Below, in pieces: positions 12,001-25,151 of a stretch of DNA of 64,000 bases (position 1 is its first letter; each line of letters starts with the position of its first letter). Both the position numbers and the translations under genes were made by a program. The stretch is from Klebsormidium nitens (lineage: Eukaryota; Plantae; Klebsormidiophyceae). The stretch lies in assembly GCA_000708835.1 (NCBI GenBank), contig DF237015.1:124001-188000 (forward strand), given 5' to 3'. The notes under the pieces were generated by a model. It was not told the DNA's origin, searched no databases, and was given only the letters and a program-made list of their open reading frames with translations.

Positions 12001-15000
12001 AACTCTGAATCGTCAGAAGTCCAGATTGGTCTCTAAAAAGCGTTTGCATGGTTAGCCTGGGATGGAAATTTAGGGTGGTATGTGAAGTCACTTAGTCAGA
12101 GAAAAGCAGGTCAGAAGAGAGACTCAACTGGCATGACTGTTATGAAAGCCCCCGCATGCCCATCCAAACTGCTCTTCAAGAGACAGTCTTTCTGCTTGGA
12201 CGGTCTTCCTGACAGTTGGAGTTCAAATAGACAAGCTGATCGGGTACCCTAAGCGAAGTCGCACATCAAAACATGCGAGGTACAAACACCCACCTTCCCG
12301 CCCAGCGCTGCATAGTGAGAATTGCGGACGATCGTTCGGACAGTTCTTGCAGATGGAGCGCGTGCACTTTCAGCCCCTGTGGCTCCAACCCCTTCGCCAA
12401 CTCCGACAGGTTTACGGCCCCCGGAATGTCGTTCCGCCCGAAAAGGCAGGTCAGCAAGCGGAGCTGCTTGCCCTCCAGGGACTGGAGCTTCGGCGCAGGG
12501 GGGTGGGAAGCTTTCTGGAAGCGAGCGGGGGGGTAGACCCACATGACTCTGCAGGAAAGCGACATACAATTGACAGATGTTAGAAGTGGAGGGCATTAGG
12601 GCCTTCTGGAAGCGAGCGGGGGGTAGACCCACGTAAGGCTGCAGGAGAGAGAGAAATGCTTCTTATGTGCGTGCCAAGTCTTACAGGGGCGTCGAGTATT
12701 TCAGAGACGTTCAGAAGACTCTTCGGCGTTGGAAGACCCTTAGGCGTTTCAGGAGATGATATTGGCTGACAGGGAAGCACTTTCAGGGGTATGCGAGAGG
12801 CCCGCATACGCGAAACAGGAGGGAAGGGAGGAGTTGATTGAAGCTACCAAAGAACCATCTTGCAAAACAATCTTATATTTGTGGGGCAGAATATTGCCTC
12901 TTCTTTACGAAGCGAAGGCCTCAGGCATGCTCAACTTTACCGTTCGCTCTGATAATTTGAGATGCCCTTCAAAAGAACCGTACTTGAGAATATCATAGTG
13001 GCATCGAATCAGCACTCACAGCGGTGTCGTCATGAATGTCGTCACAAGCGCCATGATGACGAAGATGGAGAAGAGCTGCTGGTTGAGCACGCCGGCTTGC
13101 AGGCCCACGTTGAGCACGATCAGCTCCACCAGACCCTGCCACGTGGCAACAAGGAAGTGGTCACGAGATCAGCACAGTCGGCTTGATACAGGCACAGTCG
13201 GCTCCATCAGACACTGACACGTGGCAGAGGGTTGCTTGGTTATCAGGTCGACCGGAAACGCTGAGGGTTCAAGTAGCGGGCGTGCATGACTTGATTGTAG
13301 TCTAGCGCTCCACTTGACACCTACCAGGATCCAATCATTTTGTTCGTAGGAGTATAACGTACCGAGGCTGGGCCTCGCGCGACAGAAACGGTATCTACCC
13401 ACCTGGGGACCACATACGGACCGCTTAGAATGGAAGCTTCCTTATTGGTCGACCCGGACTCTTGCATGACCGGGCATGTTGCGCGCACTTCGGCATGTGG
13501 CGTTGTTGAGAGCCAAAAGACAGTCGCTGAAACGAATCTAGAAACAGGGCCTCACCTTGGAGTTCATGAGCAGTCCGATGGTGAGGGCCTTGCGGAAGGG
13601 CTCCCGGAAGGCGAAGGCGGCGGTGGTGCAACCCACGATCTTGCCCAGGCACGCGGCGAGGATGACAACAAACAGAACGAGAATGGCTTTGCCCGAGTCG
13701 ATAGAAGACACCTGAGGAGCAAGGTTTCAAGAAATCGTCAGGGACGAATGATTTGCAAGCCAACTTTCCTTTCGAAGCTGGTCTCTACTGGACGTCCGGT
13801 CAAACCGTAGCCACTCAACCAAGGACGACTTGCAAAACAAGGTAACCGTAAACCAGGGGCACAACGCTTGGAACGAGACTCTTTGGAAAGTAGGTGAGAG
13901 TTATCTGCTTTTGACGTTTGCGTTTACCTGAGGTAGCACATCATTGTCGACCTTTCTTTGAGCGGCCAAGTTTTGCTGACTGAGCGGTCATTCAGTTGGG
14001 CTGCAAGCTCGCGGGGCGAATTTGGATTTGAACTAACAAGCACGGCCTTGCCGAAGTCAGATGAGGATCAAAACTTGTGTTGTTGAGTTCTCAATTGGCG
14101 TACGTACTTGGGTAAATCTTGAGCGGAAGGTCGAGGACACTCTGCAACATTTTCTGCTCGAGCAAACCGGGTCACCGAAACATTGTAGAAGCCGGACAAT
14201 AAAATAAGAAACTACACCTGAAAAAGCTCTTCCAACAACAAGGCACTAAAACGCAAAAGCTGAAAAGCGGTGCCCCCGCAAACGAGCCTCACCTGAGTTC
14301 TGAGGCCAGAGACGGCAAAGTAGGCAGGAAGGAATATGACGGAGATGAAGTCCTCTACTTTGGTGGTCAGAGTGATGGCATATGCCGAGTCGTGGGGGAT
14401 CATCAGACCAGCAATGAATGCTCTGCAACAGCGAGTGAAGCGGATCAGTACTCCAGTCATGCCCTAAAACGTGATGAGTTACCAGGTTAGCAATACGGGT
14501 CTGCACTGATACCAATGGTCTTTCCGATCACAAACTTCCAAGATTATCATATTCATCTTTATTATTTTATTATTTAATAATAGTTTTGTAGCATTACATT
14601 TTTTTTGGAAATTTACGATTTGGTACTTTTAATAGACCATTACTGATAACATTACTGATAACATTACTGATTACTACTAAATCATTATAAATAATGCTTC
14701 ACAAACTTATTAAGGATTCACAACGATTCATCGGCGCATACATCGCATTACCGCACAAGCGACTGCTCAGTTACCCAACAAGAGCGAACAAGGCGGAAGA
14801 AGGACAGTTGAATCGTTCTATGACGAAACGCAAGCGAGTTGTCGTCACCATTTTCAGAGGCGCGAAATGCACATCGCAAGTCATGGAACAAAGGAATGGC
14901 CAGTTGAGGGGCACTTTTTTTTTAAAATTTAAGGAGCGGCTCACCCGAAGATGGGGTGGATGCCAATCATGTCCGTGATGAAGGAGGCGGCCAGAACCAG

Positions 15001-18000
15001 GCAGAGCGCGATGAAGACGGAGAATTCGGAAACGATACCGCGCTCGTCGTTGCGGCGTGCGATGTAGTGAACGACCGGCCTGCGATTGAGGAAACCTCTT
15101 TGAATCAGTACCGCTGTTCTCTTGCAAGTACAACGAAGAGACGAAGTTTTGGAGGCAGGTTTGAGCTCGTGAATCGGCCGTGCAAGGATTGTAGTTGACG
15201 TGCCTGCACTAGGGTAAGCTTCTCTGGAAAAATCGTTGTCGCCTTGTTTGAAACGGATGCTGTAACCCGGCAAATGCTATGTCCTGCCATTCAGGCAGTA
15301 TTCCTGGGGATATCTCAAATCAGGTGAAGAGCGTCGTGCTTATCGTGCTTTGTTTCACGACGCTTACCTCTAGATCCGTACGATACGCACAGTTCGAGAG
15401 GGGCGATGTGGATAAGACAGAAGTACGCTCATGCAAACACCGCCCTTTGTTTCAAGGAGAGAGAGGGTCGAGGCCCAGAATCAAGAAGCGTCCCGTTCAA
15501 ACACACCCAGTTGTCCTTTCGGTGAAATGAGATGCATTGATTGTTTGTAACTCTTTCAACACGACCAACGTCAATCTGCGCACTCACTTGACGCAGGTGA
15601 ACATAAAAATGATAAACCCGATTCCCGCCAGGAAGATCCACAGGCCGACCAACGGAGTCGCGTTTCGCGCGTTTAGCACAGCCACGGTGAGGGCCAAGAG
15701 ACACCTGTTCCACAAGCCGACGTCAGCAGAAGAAAATAGAGTCAGGCAAAGATTGTTAGTGAGTGGACGATAGTATCTAGAGACAGAAAACCTCGGGGGT
15801 TTTTGTAGGGGTTGCCGGCTTTTTTAATACTCCTAAAGCCCCCCGCTTCCTAGGGGAATCAAGGACCATTCCGTGCGCTCGAGAATTTCTTTGCCATCAA
15901 GCGTGCACGATCCACTAGGAGTCTCGAAAGATGGCTGATGTCATTGACAGCTCAAGCTCCGTTGTTTGACTAGACGCTTCGTATCGCCCTGCTTCAAATC
16001 AGTTTCCTTGCTCCTGGTTCTGACAGAACTGCCGCACCTGTTCGATCGAAGACAAAATGCGCAAAGCAAAACACAGAATCCCAATGTCCGTAGATCGACG
16101 ATGCTCTGTAGCGTATACCGAGGAGGGTCGCAGTTTCTCATTAGCTCCGGGCACTCACCATGCAACGACGTCCTCGACCGCTGTAAGAAGCAAGGAAGAG
16201 GACTGTCAGCCAAAGACGAAAGAGTATTGGAAGTGATAGCAAGCCAGCAGGAGATCGGCAAATATGAAGGAGACATGGTGTCAGGGAATCAAGGGATACA
16301 CATGGTCCTTCTTCAACAGCGAAAGTTACTTCAGGATGGGCGGGAATAAGGTATCCTCACTCCCCGACCTCCATCTAGTCTGTCAGAAATAACCGGAAAA
16401 ACACCTACTATCCTACCCTGCCCAAAAGATTCGCAAGAGTGGAGCCTTGTCTAGTTGGGCAAGAATTCACAGCTCAAACAGACTCTCTCAGAGTTTGAAG
16501 AGCGCCGAAGTAAACGAGCGAAAGAGCGGGATCAGTCTTGCCTGCTGCCGCCATAACGATCCTGCCGATGTCTGTCGTCAGCAACCGGGTCTCTGCACGT
16601 GCCAAAAACAACCTCGTCATTGATGGGCACGCCTCTTGTTATTCAAGCAACTAACTGACTTACCAGCTCTCCATCCAGCAGTCAAGGAGCGGTATGCTGA
16701 ATGACGGAACCTTTGAGATGACGGTCTAATTAGGAGTGATCAAGGAATTGAAGCCCCCAACTGACAATAAACCCAATCCAACACTCTACTTGCTCCGCAC
16801 GCATAACCACCGTAAACCATAAAAGTAACCCTACCCGTGCCAGGTTAATGAATATTCTAATTCCTGCCGCTTATATTCCTAATCAAGNNNNNNNNNNNNN
16901 NNNNNNNNNNNNNNNNNNNNNNNNNNNNNNNNNNNNNNNNNNNNNNNNNNNNNNNNNNNNNNNNNNNNNNNNNNNNNNNNNNNNNNNNNNNNNNNNNNNN
17001 NNNNNNNNNNNNNNNNNNNNNNNNNNNNNNNNNNNNNNNNNNNNNNNNNNNNNNNNNNNNNNNNNNNNNNNNNNNNNNNNNNNNNNNNNNNNNNNNNNNN
17101 NNNNNNNNNNNNNNNNNNNNNNNNNNNNNNNNNNNNNNNNNNNNNNNNNNNNNNNNNNNNNNNNNNNNNNNNNNNNNNNNNNNNNNNNNNNNNNNNNNNN
17201 NNNNNNNNNNNNNNNNNNNNNNNNNNNNNNNNNNNNNNNNNNNNNNNNNNNNNNNNNNNNNNNNNNNNNNNNNNNNNNNNNNNNNNNNNNNNNNNNNNNN
17301 NNNNNNNNNNNNNNNNNNNNNNNNNNNNNNNNNNNNNNNNNNNNNNNNNNNNNNNNNNNNNNNNNNNNNNNNNNNNNNNNNNNNNNNNNNNNNNNNNNNN
17401 NNNNNNNNNNNNNNNNNNNNNNNNNNNNNNNNNNNNNNNNNNNNNNNNNNNNNNNNNNNNNNNNNNNNNNNNNNNNNNNNNNNNNNNNNNNNNNNNNNNN
17501 NNNNNNNNNNNNNNNNNNNNNNNNNNNNNNNNNNNNNNNNNNNNNNNNNACCCTCAGGCCCTTGAGCTGGGACGTCAACTCACGTTTCCAGAATGGACGC
17601 TGCGAAAATCTGCGAGATCGAAGTCTCACCTGCGAGAATACGTGCTAGAACTGGGAACGCAGTGATCCCCAAGGCCACCCCCACGAACCTGCATCCGAAA
17701 GTAACTGTGCTTCGTCATGATATGTATCCGCTTGGAAACGGTCTTGCATCATCAGGACTGCGGCACTCAATGGAAAAGTTCCTGTAGGACCTTTACACGG
17801 CTCGAAAGCATGAGGAGCTACTGAGTTCAAAACCCGTATTCATGCCAAGATGCGACGAAAGCAAGCACAAGATAGCCTTCATTTGCAACCTGCTTTTAAG
17901 TAGGTGTGCTCTTTCGTCTATGCTTTCCCAAGGCCATACTATACAAACACCGTTCCACCTTGGCAAGTTCAACTTCAGTCTATGTGCAGATGCTTGCTCA

Positions 18001-20117
18001 AAATCCGAAGCCCCAATTGCTTAAAGTGCCGCCGACTGCTTTTGCTATCCGAAGAACAACGAACATATGCGTCCAAGAGAAATAAAACCAGGCAAAGGAA
18101 CTCACAAATACAGGTAGCCAAAGCCGACGGTCGACATGTCCAGCTGTTTGATGGCCACAGTAATGGGCACCGACAACGCAAATGGCACTGCTATCCCACT
18201 AGCGCAGATAGCAAACGCTTTTGGGCCCACTGCTTTGAGTGACCCGATGTCGAGCTCAAGTCCCACCAAGAACCTGCAACAGAAGAGAGGTTTTTAGAGG
18301 ACTTTCAAGAGCAACCGAGTTCTGAATGGTAAGGGCTGTAGTACCTAAGATGTTCAACAAACTTGTCGGCCTACCTTATTCAAGCTGGTTCTTGAAACGA
18401 CATTTTATAAGCCAGCAAACATTCCCAGTCCATGACCTATATTGCACCACGAGATCCGAAAACGAGAAACAGAACTTTGAGATTGCTGTAAACCTTAATG
18501 ATTCGATCCGGCGGTCTGCCTTGGAGTCACAAGGCAACCCAACGTAAGAAATACTTGCGCTCAGAATGAAGCTGCAAACAAAGCAAAGGGGAACATATGC
18601 TTGACAGGTAGCAGATCCAGATCAACGGTGCACTCTAAGTGGTCATGGGGAAGTGCTTCGATGAGCCCCGACGAAATAATTCAGCTCGATATCAGCTGCA
18701 ACCTCAGTAAGAAGAGGCTTGACTCGAAGCAGAGAAACGGTGCATGGTGCAAGGTCAAGAGCAGAGGGGCCATCTGGATTGTCGTAGAGATGCTCGACGA
18801 ACTTACAGGAAGAAGAGCAGCCCGATCGACGCAGTGGACTCCAGGATGGGTATGCTTGAGCTGGGAAACAGGTGTTTCAGGTAGCCAGGGATGTAGCCCA
18901 TGACTGCCACGCAGAAAGGCTAGTTACTCAAGAGTTCTTAAAACCCAATGTGGGAGTGTGAGGTCATTGCAGTAAGAAACATTCAGTCTCTGAGCACTTC
19001 TCAGGTATGTTGGGAGACTCCTTTGCATCTTATGATCGCTGCTGTTAGAGAAAGATAAGGAGCGGCCACAGATTGTGAGCAGTGAACTTGCCTTTCAATG
19101 GCATCTGGCTGCGGAGCCGCCTCGTTTGGTAGGCAAGCTGATATATGTAAAGACAATCTTGAAATACTTGATGCGTGCACAAGTGTCAGGTATTGCTCTC
19201 TCACCTGAGGGTCCTAGAATCACCCCGCCAATCACCTCTGCAAGACAAGGGGCATACTGAGCTTAGGGTTTTCTGGCCTCTGTGGTCCTCACAGATTTTG
19301 GAGCAGGCGACATACTCTTTTGCGCACTGCCAACATTGGTTCTTTGTAACACAAGCGCCTACGGGACTCATGGCCTTGGTTAAGTGATTGGGGCGAGCCG
19401 GATCTTGGGTACAATGCTTGATTGTTGGATTTAGGGTTTGGTCCCCATGCCCATCTTGGGTCTCAAGCAGAGTCGCTTGCGTCGGCCCACTCCGATTTGT
19501 CAGGGGTGTCTACCAGATGCTTGGATGATACTCATTAGAGTTAATTCCGTGAACTGCGCGGATTTGCTACTAAAATGTTTTAGGAAAAGGGGGACAGGCC
19601 CAGAATGTTGTCATCTAGATCGCCGCATCCGCTCCAAAAGGATGGGCAGTGACTGAACCTTGACTAAACATGCTCCTTGGCTCTACAGAAGGACTGCATT
19701 GCCCCCTGGCAGATTCGACCCTCGAGGCAGCTCAGACTGACGTCTCATATCTGTAAGGACTCACAGCACTCATCTGAGCACCCATTGGATCCTCGGGTGA
19801 GTGCTGTGAAAACCTAGTAAAACCCTAATACCATTGCCTTTATTGAAAACTCGCTCATTGCTACGAAAGGAAGTCCTGCAAATGGCAGTCTTAAGCAGGC
19901 AGTTCAGCTCTCCTTCCCACATCCTTTGATGAGGCTTATCTTAAGCCAATGCAAGTTTATCACCTGCAATGACTCTGGGCTGCCTCAAGTGGCGCAGGAA
20001 AAGCGCCAAAAAGCGGCTGAGCCCAATGATGATCAGCAGCTGGAGCAGGAGCAAGGGCACCGAGTGCTTCAGGGGGGAGTCATCCGCCAGCAGCCCGTTA
20101 GAGTAAGCGCCCGCCAT
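9010..20117 (-). CDS. CHX: Cation/H+ exchanger of the plant CHX (CPA2) family, about 15 exons, ATG at 20117 and stop at 9010
   Basis: Minus-strand exons read [28 protein letters not shown]...LRQPRVIA|[11 protein letters not shown]|...FLVGLELD...|[19 protein letters not shown]|[17 protein letters not shown]|AVEDVVAW|...[13 protein letters not shown]|AFIAGLMIP...KVEDF...[13 protein letters not shown]|...GLLMNSK|[11 protein letters not shown]...|LRLLTC...[15 protein letters not shown]|...[12 protein letters not shown]...|YDLVIVGRH...LGPVAD. These are hallmark CHX motifs. Confidence 0.93.
10741..11470 (-). repeat. Four degenerate tandem copies of the last ~80 nt of a CHX exon plus its 5' splice site, lying in the downstream intron
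   Basis: The exon end GTGCTGCCGTATCAACGGGCGGGCGCGCTCGGGAAGTTGCTCGACTTTCCCGGAAGCGGGCTTAACCAG|GT (11387-11470) recurs at ~11231-11310, ~11063-11146, ~10900-10980 and ~10741-10822, with divergence rising with distance. Confidence 0.9.
14637..14677. repeat. Short intronic tandem repeat (ATTACTGATAAC, about 2.5 units)
   Basis: Directly visible as ...cattactgataacattactgataacattactgattactact... Confidence 0.85.
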
Positions 20118-20923
20118 TCTGCCAACCTAGCAACCGCGCGCCCCTAAAGCCAAGAGCAGTTCTGACTTTTCCTAGCGCCCCACTGAGCTGAGCCCAGCTG
20201 ATGTGGCGGCAGGAAGGATCAAAGTAGTGGGCACCAAAAGGTGTCCTATAAACAAAGAGAAGGCCGCATCCACAGATCCACGGTGCCGCCGGAGACGGTA
20301 CAGCTTAGGCGGGCCAGCTTTTGATCTTGTGAAGGATCTTTGGGCTACCCCTGCAACTCTTCTTATGCTGCATTACCTGAATCGAGTGGCATAGTCACGA
20401 GATTGCCTTGCAAAAGTTGCATCACCTAGACCTTAGCTCTGTTCAAAGACCAAGGCGGCCGGGCACCGAACGATGGCTACCTAAACATAAGGGGGTTGTC
20501 ACACGGGCGGTCACCGGTCATCGGCACCTTTTGCCCAACAGATTCTGGCGCGCTGATTGGTCCTCGCGGCGTGACCGCTGTCAAACGGGCGGTCGACCGG
20601 TGGTCAAGTCTAAAATCGCATTAACTTCACAGCACGTGTGAATGTGACCGCTGGCCCGAAAACTTGACCGGCCTCTTGACTTGGGTCAGGAGACCACGTG
20701 CAGTGGTCACATTGCGCTGGCCAATCAGGAACGAGTGCCTGGCGCGAAAATGTGTGAAACTGTCGCCAATTAACAGAAGAGGCGACTCAGTCAGGCTGCC
20801 ACACTGCAGTCACTGAGTGCAATGAGCACTCCAAGTCTGGCTGGTTACACACTGGAGGAGCTTTGAATCTTTTCATACCAAGAGAGAGTATAGAGAAGCA
20901 GCACAGCGGCTGCTGAAAACGCC

Positions 20924-22027
20924 ATGAATCCTTATCAAGGGCCCCTATGCAGGGGTCAAGCTGGCCAGGGGTCCTTTTCAGTTGCAGCATCAGCAGCGCC
21001 ATGGTTCCAGATGCCACCACAATTAGGGGCAGCTCCTAGTCCGTATTTCCATGCATCATCAACAAACTTCTCAAGTCTGATGCAGGAAGCTGTTCAAACA
21101 AACCCACAGACGTCACCACAACCTTGGGACATTGGCGAAGGCCCTGTGGCACAGGACCAGCAGGGGCAGCCAAATCAGCTTTCGGAGGGTGTCCAGCTCA
21201 GTGAGCCAGGCTGGCAGCAGCCTATCAGAGAAGCTTCAGAGAAAGACCTCACTCAGGAGGCTGCGGAAGAGACCCCTGTTTTGCCCCAGCAGCCGGAGAA
21301 TGGAAAGCGTGGAAGGGACAAGAAGGCAGCAGGGGGGGAACAGCCTACCAAGAAGCCAAGGGGTGGCAAGAAGAAAGCCGCCAAGGAGCTCACTGAAGAG
21401 GAGAAGGAGCAGCTTGCTGCCGGGAAGGAGGTTTACTGGCAGTTGTGTTGGGTTATATGCCTCATTGAGCAGAGAATCCGCCGTGATGCAGAGTTGAACA
21501 AGCCCAAGACTGGCTTTGATACGTGGGCCAAAATTGCAGTGGCCATTACAGCGGAGTATCCTGACTTTGACAAGGATGCTGAGGCTTGCAGGCAGAAAAT
21601 GAAGAGAGTCATGAAACAATACGAGGGAGACAAGCAGACCAACGAGAGATCGGGGTCGGGCAGGGCCAACAGCTGCCCTTTCTATGAGCAGATGGATGCC
21701 TTCTTTGGGACAAAAGCTACAGTCAATTGCGCGGCGCGCTTGTCGAGCACAGCTGAAACTCCGGGGAATGCAGCGATGGGAAGTGTAGAGGAAGGGTCCA
21801 ATGATGTAAAGGCCCAGGGCAGTGGCAAGGCTGACCGCAAGAAGAGTGCACAGGTTGATGCCATGAAGGAGGTCATGGAGGACGTGATTGAGAACACCAC
21901 CGGCAGGGTAGTAGATGCTCTTACCCAAGCTAGCTCGGGCACTCAGAAGGTCATGGAAGGAATGCGATCAGACATTAACAACTTCATGGGGCGGCTCTTG
22001 GACATTCTTGAGCGAGACGGCTTGTAG
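20924..22027 (+). CDS. Harbinger-associated Myb/SANT-like (trihelix) DNA-binding protein, 367 aa, single exon
   Basis: Intact ORF with W(AKIAVAI)...DAEACRQKMKRVMKQY...CPFYEQMDAFFG trihelix pattern, located inside the TIRs. Confidence 0.85.
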   Translation: MNPYQGPLCRGQAGQGSFSVAASAAPWFQMPPQLGAAPSPYFHASSTNFSSLMQEAVQTNPQTSPQPWDIGEGPVAQDQQGQPNQLSEGVQLSEPGWQQPIREASEKDLTQEAAEETPVLPQQPENGKRGRDKKAAGGEQPTKKPRGGKKKAAKELTEEEKEQLAAGKEVYWQLCWVICLIEQRIRRDAELNKPKTGFDTWAKIAVAITAEYPDFDKDAEACRQKMKRVMKQYEGDKQTNERSGSGRANSCPFYEQMDAFFGTKATVNCAARLSSTAETPGNAAMGSVEEGSNDVKAQGSGKADRKKSAQVDAMKEVMEDVIENTTGRVVDALTQASSGTQKVMEGMRSDINNFMGRLLDILERDGL

Positions 22028-23417
22028 CTCATTGAAACAAAGTACCAAGTTGATTGATCTCCGCAAGACATTGAGCTCTCAAAAGTAAAAGGGCTGACAG
22101 TAACTTGCCAGGGTTTGTTACTGATTGGCACCCACCTGTGTGTCACACTCTTATAAATGATTCCAAGTTGCTTGTCAGTCAAAGATGTATTGACTTTGCA
22201 TGAAGTAAAATTCGACACTCAGCCTGATAAACATTAGTGAATGCGTTCGAATCAAAAAGTTCAAACATATAGCTTGGCGCACAACTTGGTCCATTTAAGT
22301 GCCAATTAATTAACTAACTCGAGCATGATATCACTGACTGCCTCAATAGCATACTTCGAAGTGGAATCATGGAACTCCACGAGCTTGTAGAAGTTTCATT
22401 TTCAATGGATCGAATGATGTCGCTTGCACCAACACTTTTCTATCAATATACTAGTACATGTATATGCATGATCACAATGATCCTTGTCCTTTCCTGATAT
22501 GACCAGCTGTTCTTGAGTGAGCTGCAACTGCAAATGTCATTTCGAGCTACATCATGCAGCTCGAATTGAGCTGCTCGACTCACAGATATATGAGCCAGGT
22601 CACAGGAGACATGTTACTACAGTGATTGAAGACTGTGCTGGATAAAAGGATGCACCATGCATGCCACTGGCATGCCGCCGCATGGCAGCCTAATATGATA
22701 TAAAAACTTAGGGGGATGCTCAAGTACTGTATGATTCAACGTTCGAGCTGCAAGCGGTCAAAGTCAAAGTGATCGAGCTATTCAGAGTGACACTGTGCAA
22801 GTACATACTAAATTGATTGGGCACTTCACACATCTTGACTGTGAAAAGGACGTGCATTTGTGGTCACCGTCTAAAGTGTGTCTGATCTTTCTTCGAATGT
22901 CGAATAACCCGAACAACATGCATTGTGCCGCACAACATGCATTCAATGTTGCTAACAATATCAATCAGAAGTTCGAGCTGCAGTCGAGCTGCATTTGCCA
23001 GTGAGTTCTGATCGAGATGCATATTTCGAGCTCACATGCTGCAGTGCAAAACAGGTCATTCGAGTTGGGAACGAGCACTGCTTGAATTACTTCGATTTAA
23101 TGCAACATGATTCAAAACTCGAATGCTTCGCACGTACAGCCACTACAAAAGTACCGAATGAACAACTATATCCACATTTAAATAACCAGCTCAAAGATGG
23201 CCCATAGTTGCTCGAGCTCACTGCATCGACCTGAACAAAAAACGTGCCAGACTGATTCGACTTGGTGCAAACTTCGATTAGGAAGTCTTTCTTATGCCAG
23301 TGATCCGATTCGAAGTTTGCCATAGAGATCAGTACGAATTTACAGTATCTCGAGCTTCCAGTACTTCTAGCTCCTAGAAGATAGAGAGTCAAAGTGGCAC
23401 CACATCGTATCTTTCTC

Positions 23418-25151
23418 TTACAATTCGTCTTCTGAGTCCTCGGAGTCGGAAGAGATCAAATCAGGGGCTACGTGTCCACGAGAACGTGCTTCAGCTCTCA
23501 CTTTCGCATCGAACAGAACTCTCATCAAGTTCGCTCGTTTCATGAGGCCCTTATGGTATGCACTAGCGTCTTCCCTTTCAATGATAGGTTGCACTTCGTC
23601 CTGCCCTGATGGTGGATTACCAGATCCTGCATCTTGTACAGCCACTGCATCTAACCTGCTGGTCATCTCTCTCGTCACTTCTCCATTTGCTGCCGCTGCT
23701 TCCGTTCGAGAGCGGCTGCCGCCGCCCCGTCTTCTCAACCGAGCCAGCTCGTCTGCGGTCTCATCAAACCAGGAGCTTTGAAAACTTTCCTTGTGTACTC
23801 TGCACATATTGTGCAGCACAATGCATGCTGCCACCACCTTGCAGGCAAACAGCAGCTCCACGTTCAAGAGCAAGGCAATACTGCCCCACCGCCCCTTCAA
23901 AATCCCAAACGCACACTCGACAGCCATACGGGAGCTGCTTTGGATGAAGTTGCAATACGCTTTGTCTGGAGTAAGACCTTCTTTAGTGCCCATAAATGGA
24001 GTCAGCATGTTAAGCCGAGGCTGGTAAGCAGCATCTCCTAGAAGGGCATACTGCCCGAGCTCGCCCCTCTCCATTCTTTCGTGTAGATCTGATAAACAAA
24101 ACATTTTGTGGTCGTGCATACAACCTGGCCTCCCAATATCAAAGTGCCAGAATTTGTAGTCAGCATCGACCACACCCTGTAGCAGGATACTATGGAACCC
24201 CTTCCGGTTGTAGTAGTCAGCCGGCCACTGTCTTGGCGAAATGATGGGAATATGGCTTCCATCNNNNNNNNNNNNNNNNNNNNNNNNNNNNNNNNNNNNN
24301 NNNNNNNNNNNNNNNNNNNNNNNNNNNNNNNNNNNNNNNNNNNNNNNNNNNNNNNNNNNNNNNNNNNNNNNNNNNNNNNNNNNNNNNNNNNNNNNNNNNN
24401 NNNNNNNNNNNNNNNNNNNNNNNNNNNNNNNNNNNNNNNNNNNNNNNNNNNNNNNNNNNNNNNNNNNNNNNNNNNNNNNNNNNNNNNNNNNNNNNNNAAA
24501 TAGCCCCCACAGCATTTGGAATCCCCTGAAGCGCAAAAAACCCGTCGGCCAATTGCTGAAGTTGAGCTTCTGATACTGGCCACTGGACGTACACTGGAAG
24601 CAGATGGACAAGTACAGCGTCGACAAACTCCCGAAGTATAGGAGAAAGCGAGTTCCTTGCCATGCCAAAGAGGTCAGAGATTTCCATAGACCCCCCTGCG
24701 TGTCCTAGCCTGTAAAGGGATGCAAGTATGCGCCTTTCTACGGAAATGGGTTGCCTCATGTTCGTTGTTTGTTTCATGAGGTAAGGGCCTAAGCTTTCGC
24801 ACAAGTGCTGGAATAAATCCCTGCTCACCCGAACCCTGCTCTTAAACATTGCGTCAGTGTAGGATCCAAGCAGGTAAGTGTTGGCAAACAGCTGGTACCG
24901 ATCACGTGCTGCCAACATGCCTTTGGTGTGGGTCGGGGTTTGACTCCTACAGCAGCTATTGCCAGCAAAGCAGCTTGCTGTGCTTGCAGAAAGGCTGTGG
25001 CAGCTGACTGGGCGTCCGACGCGGCATTTGAATAGCTCCCAGCAAGGTCCGCAAGCTTGAGCAAGAAATTGATCAGGACGCACAAAAAAGCAACCTCCCT
25101 GCGGCGACGAAGCAGCTGTGGGCCCGAATGGCGAGCTGGGGGACGCGCCAT
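23418..25151 (-). CDS. Harbinger (HARBI1/DDE_Tnp_4-type) transposase of element 1, with an N-gap inside and a probable frame change near 24900
   Basis: Motifs FKSRVRVSRDLF..LCE, PISVERRILASLYRLG, GAI|DGSHIPI, YYNRKGFHSILLQGVVD, GRPGCMHD, LLGDAAY, SSSRMAVECAFGILKGRW, ACIVLHNMC. The DDE triad is present. Confidence 0.92.

Noticed and set aside
15800-20460. Initially looked like intergenic or retroelement DNA
   Set aside because: It contains the small 5' exons of the CHX gene (e.g. [32 protein letters not shown]).
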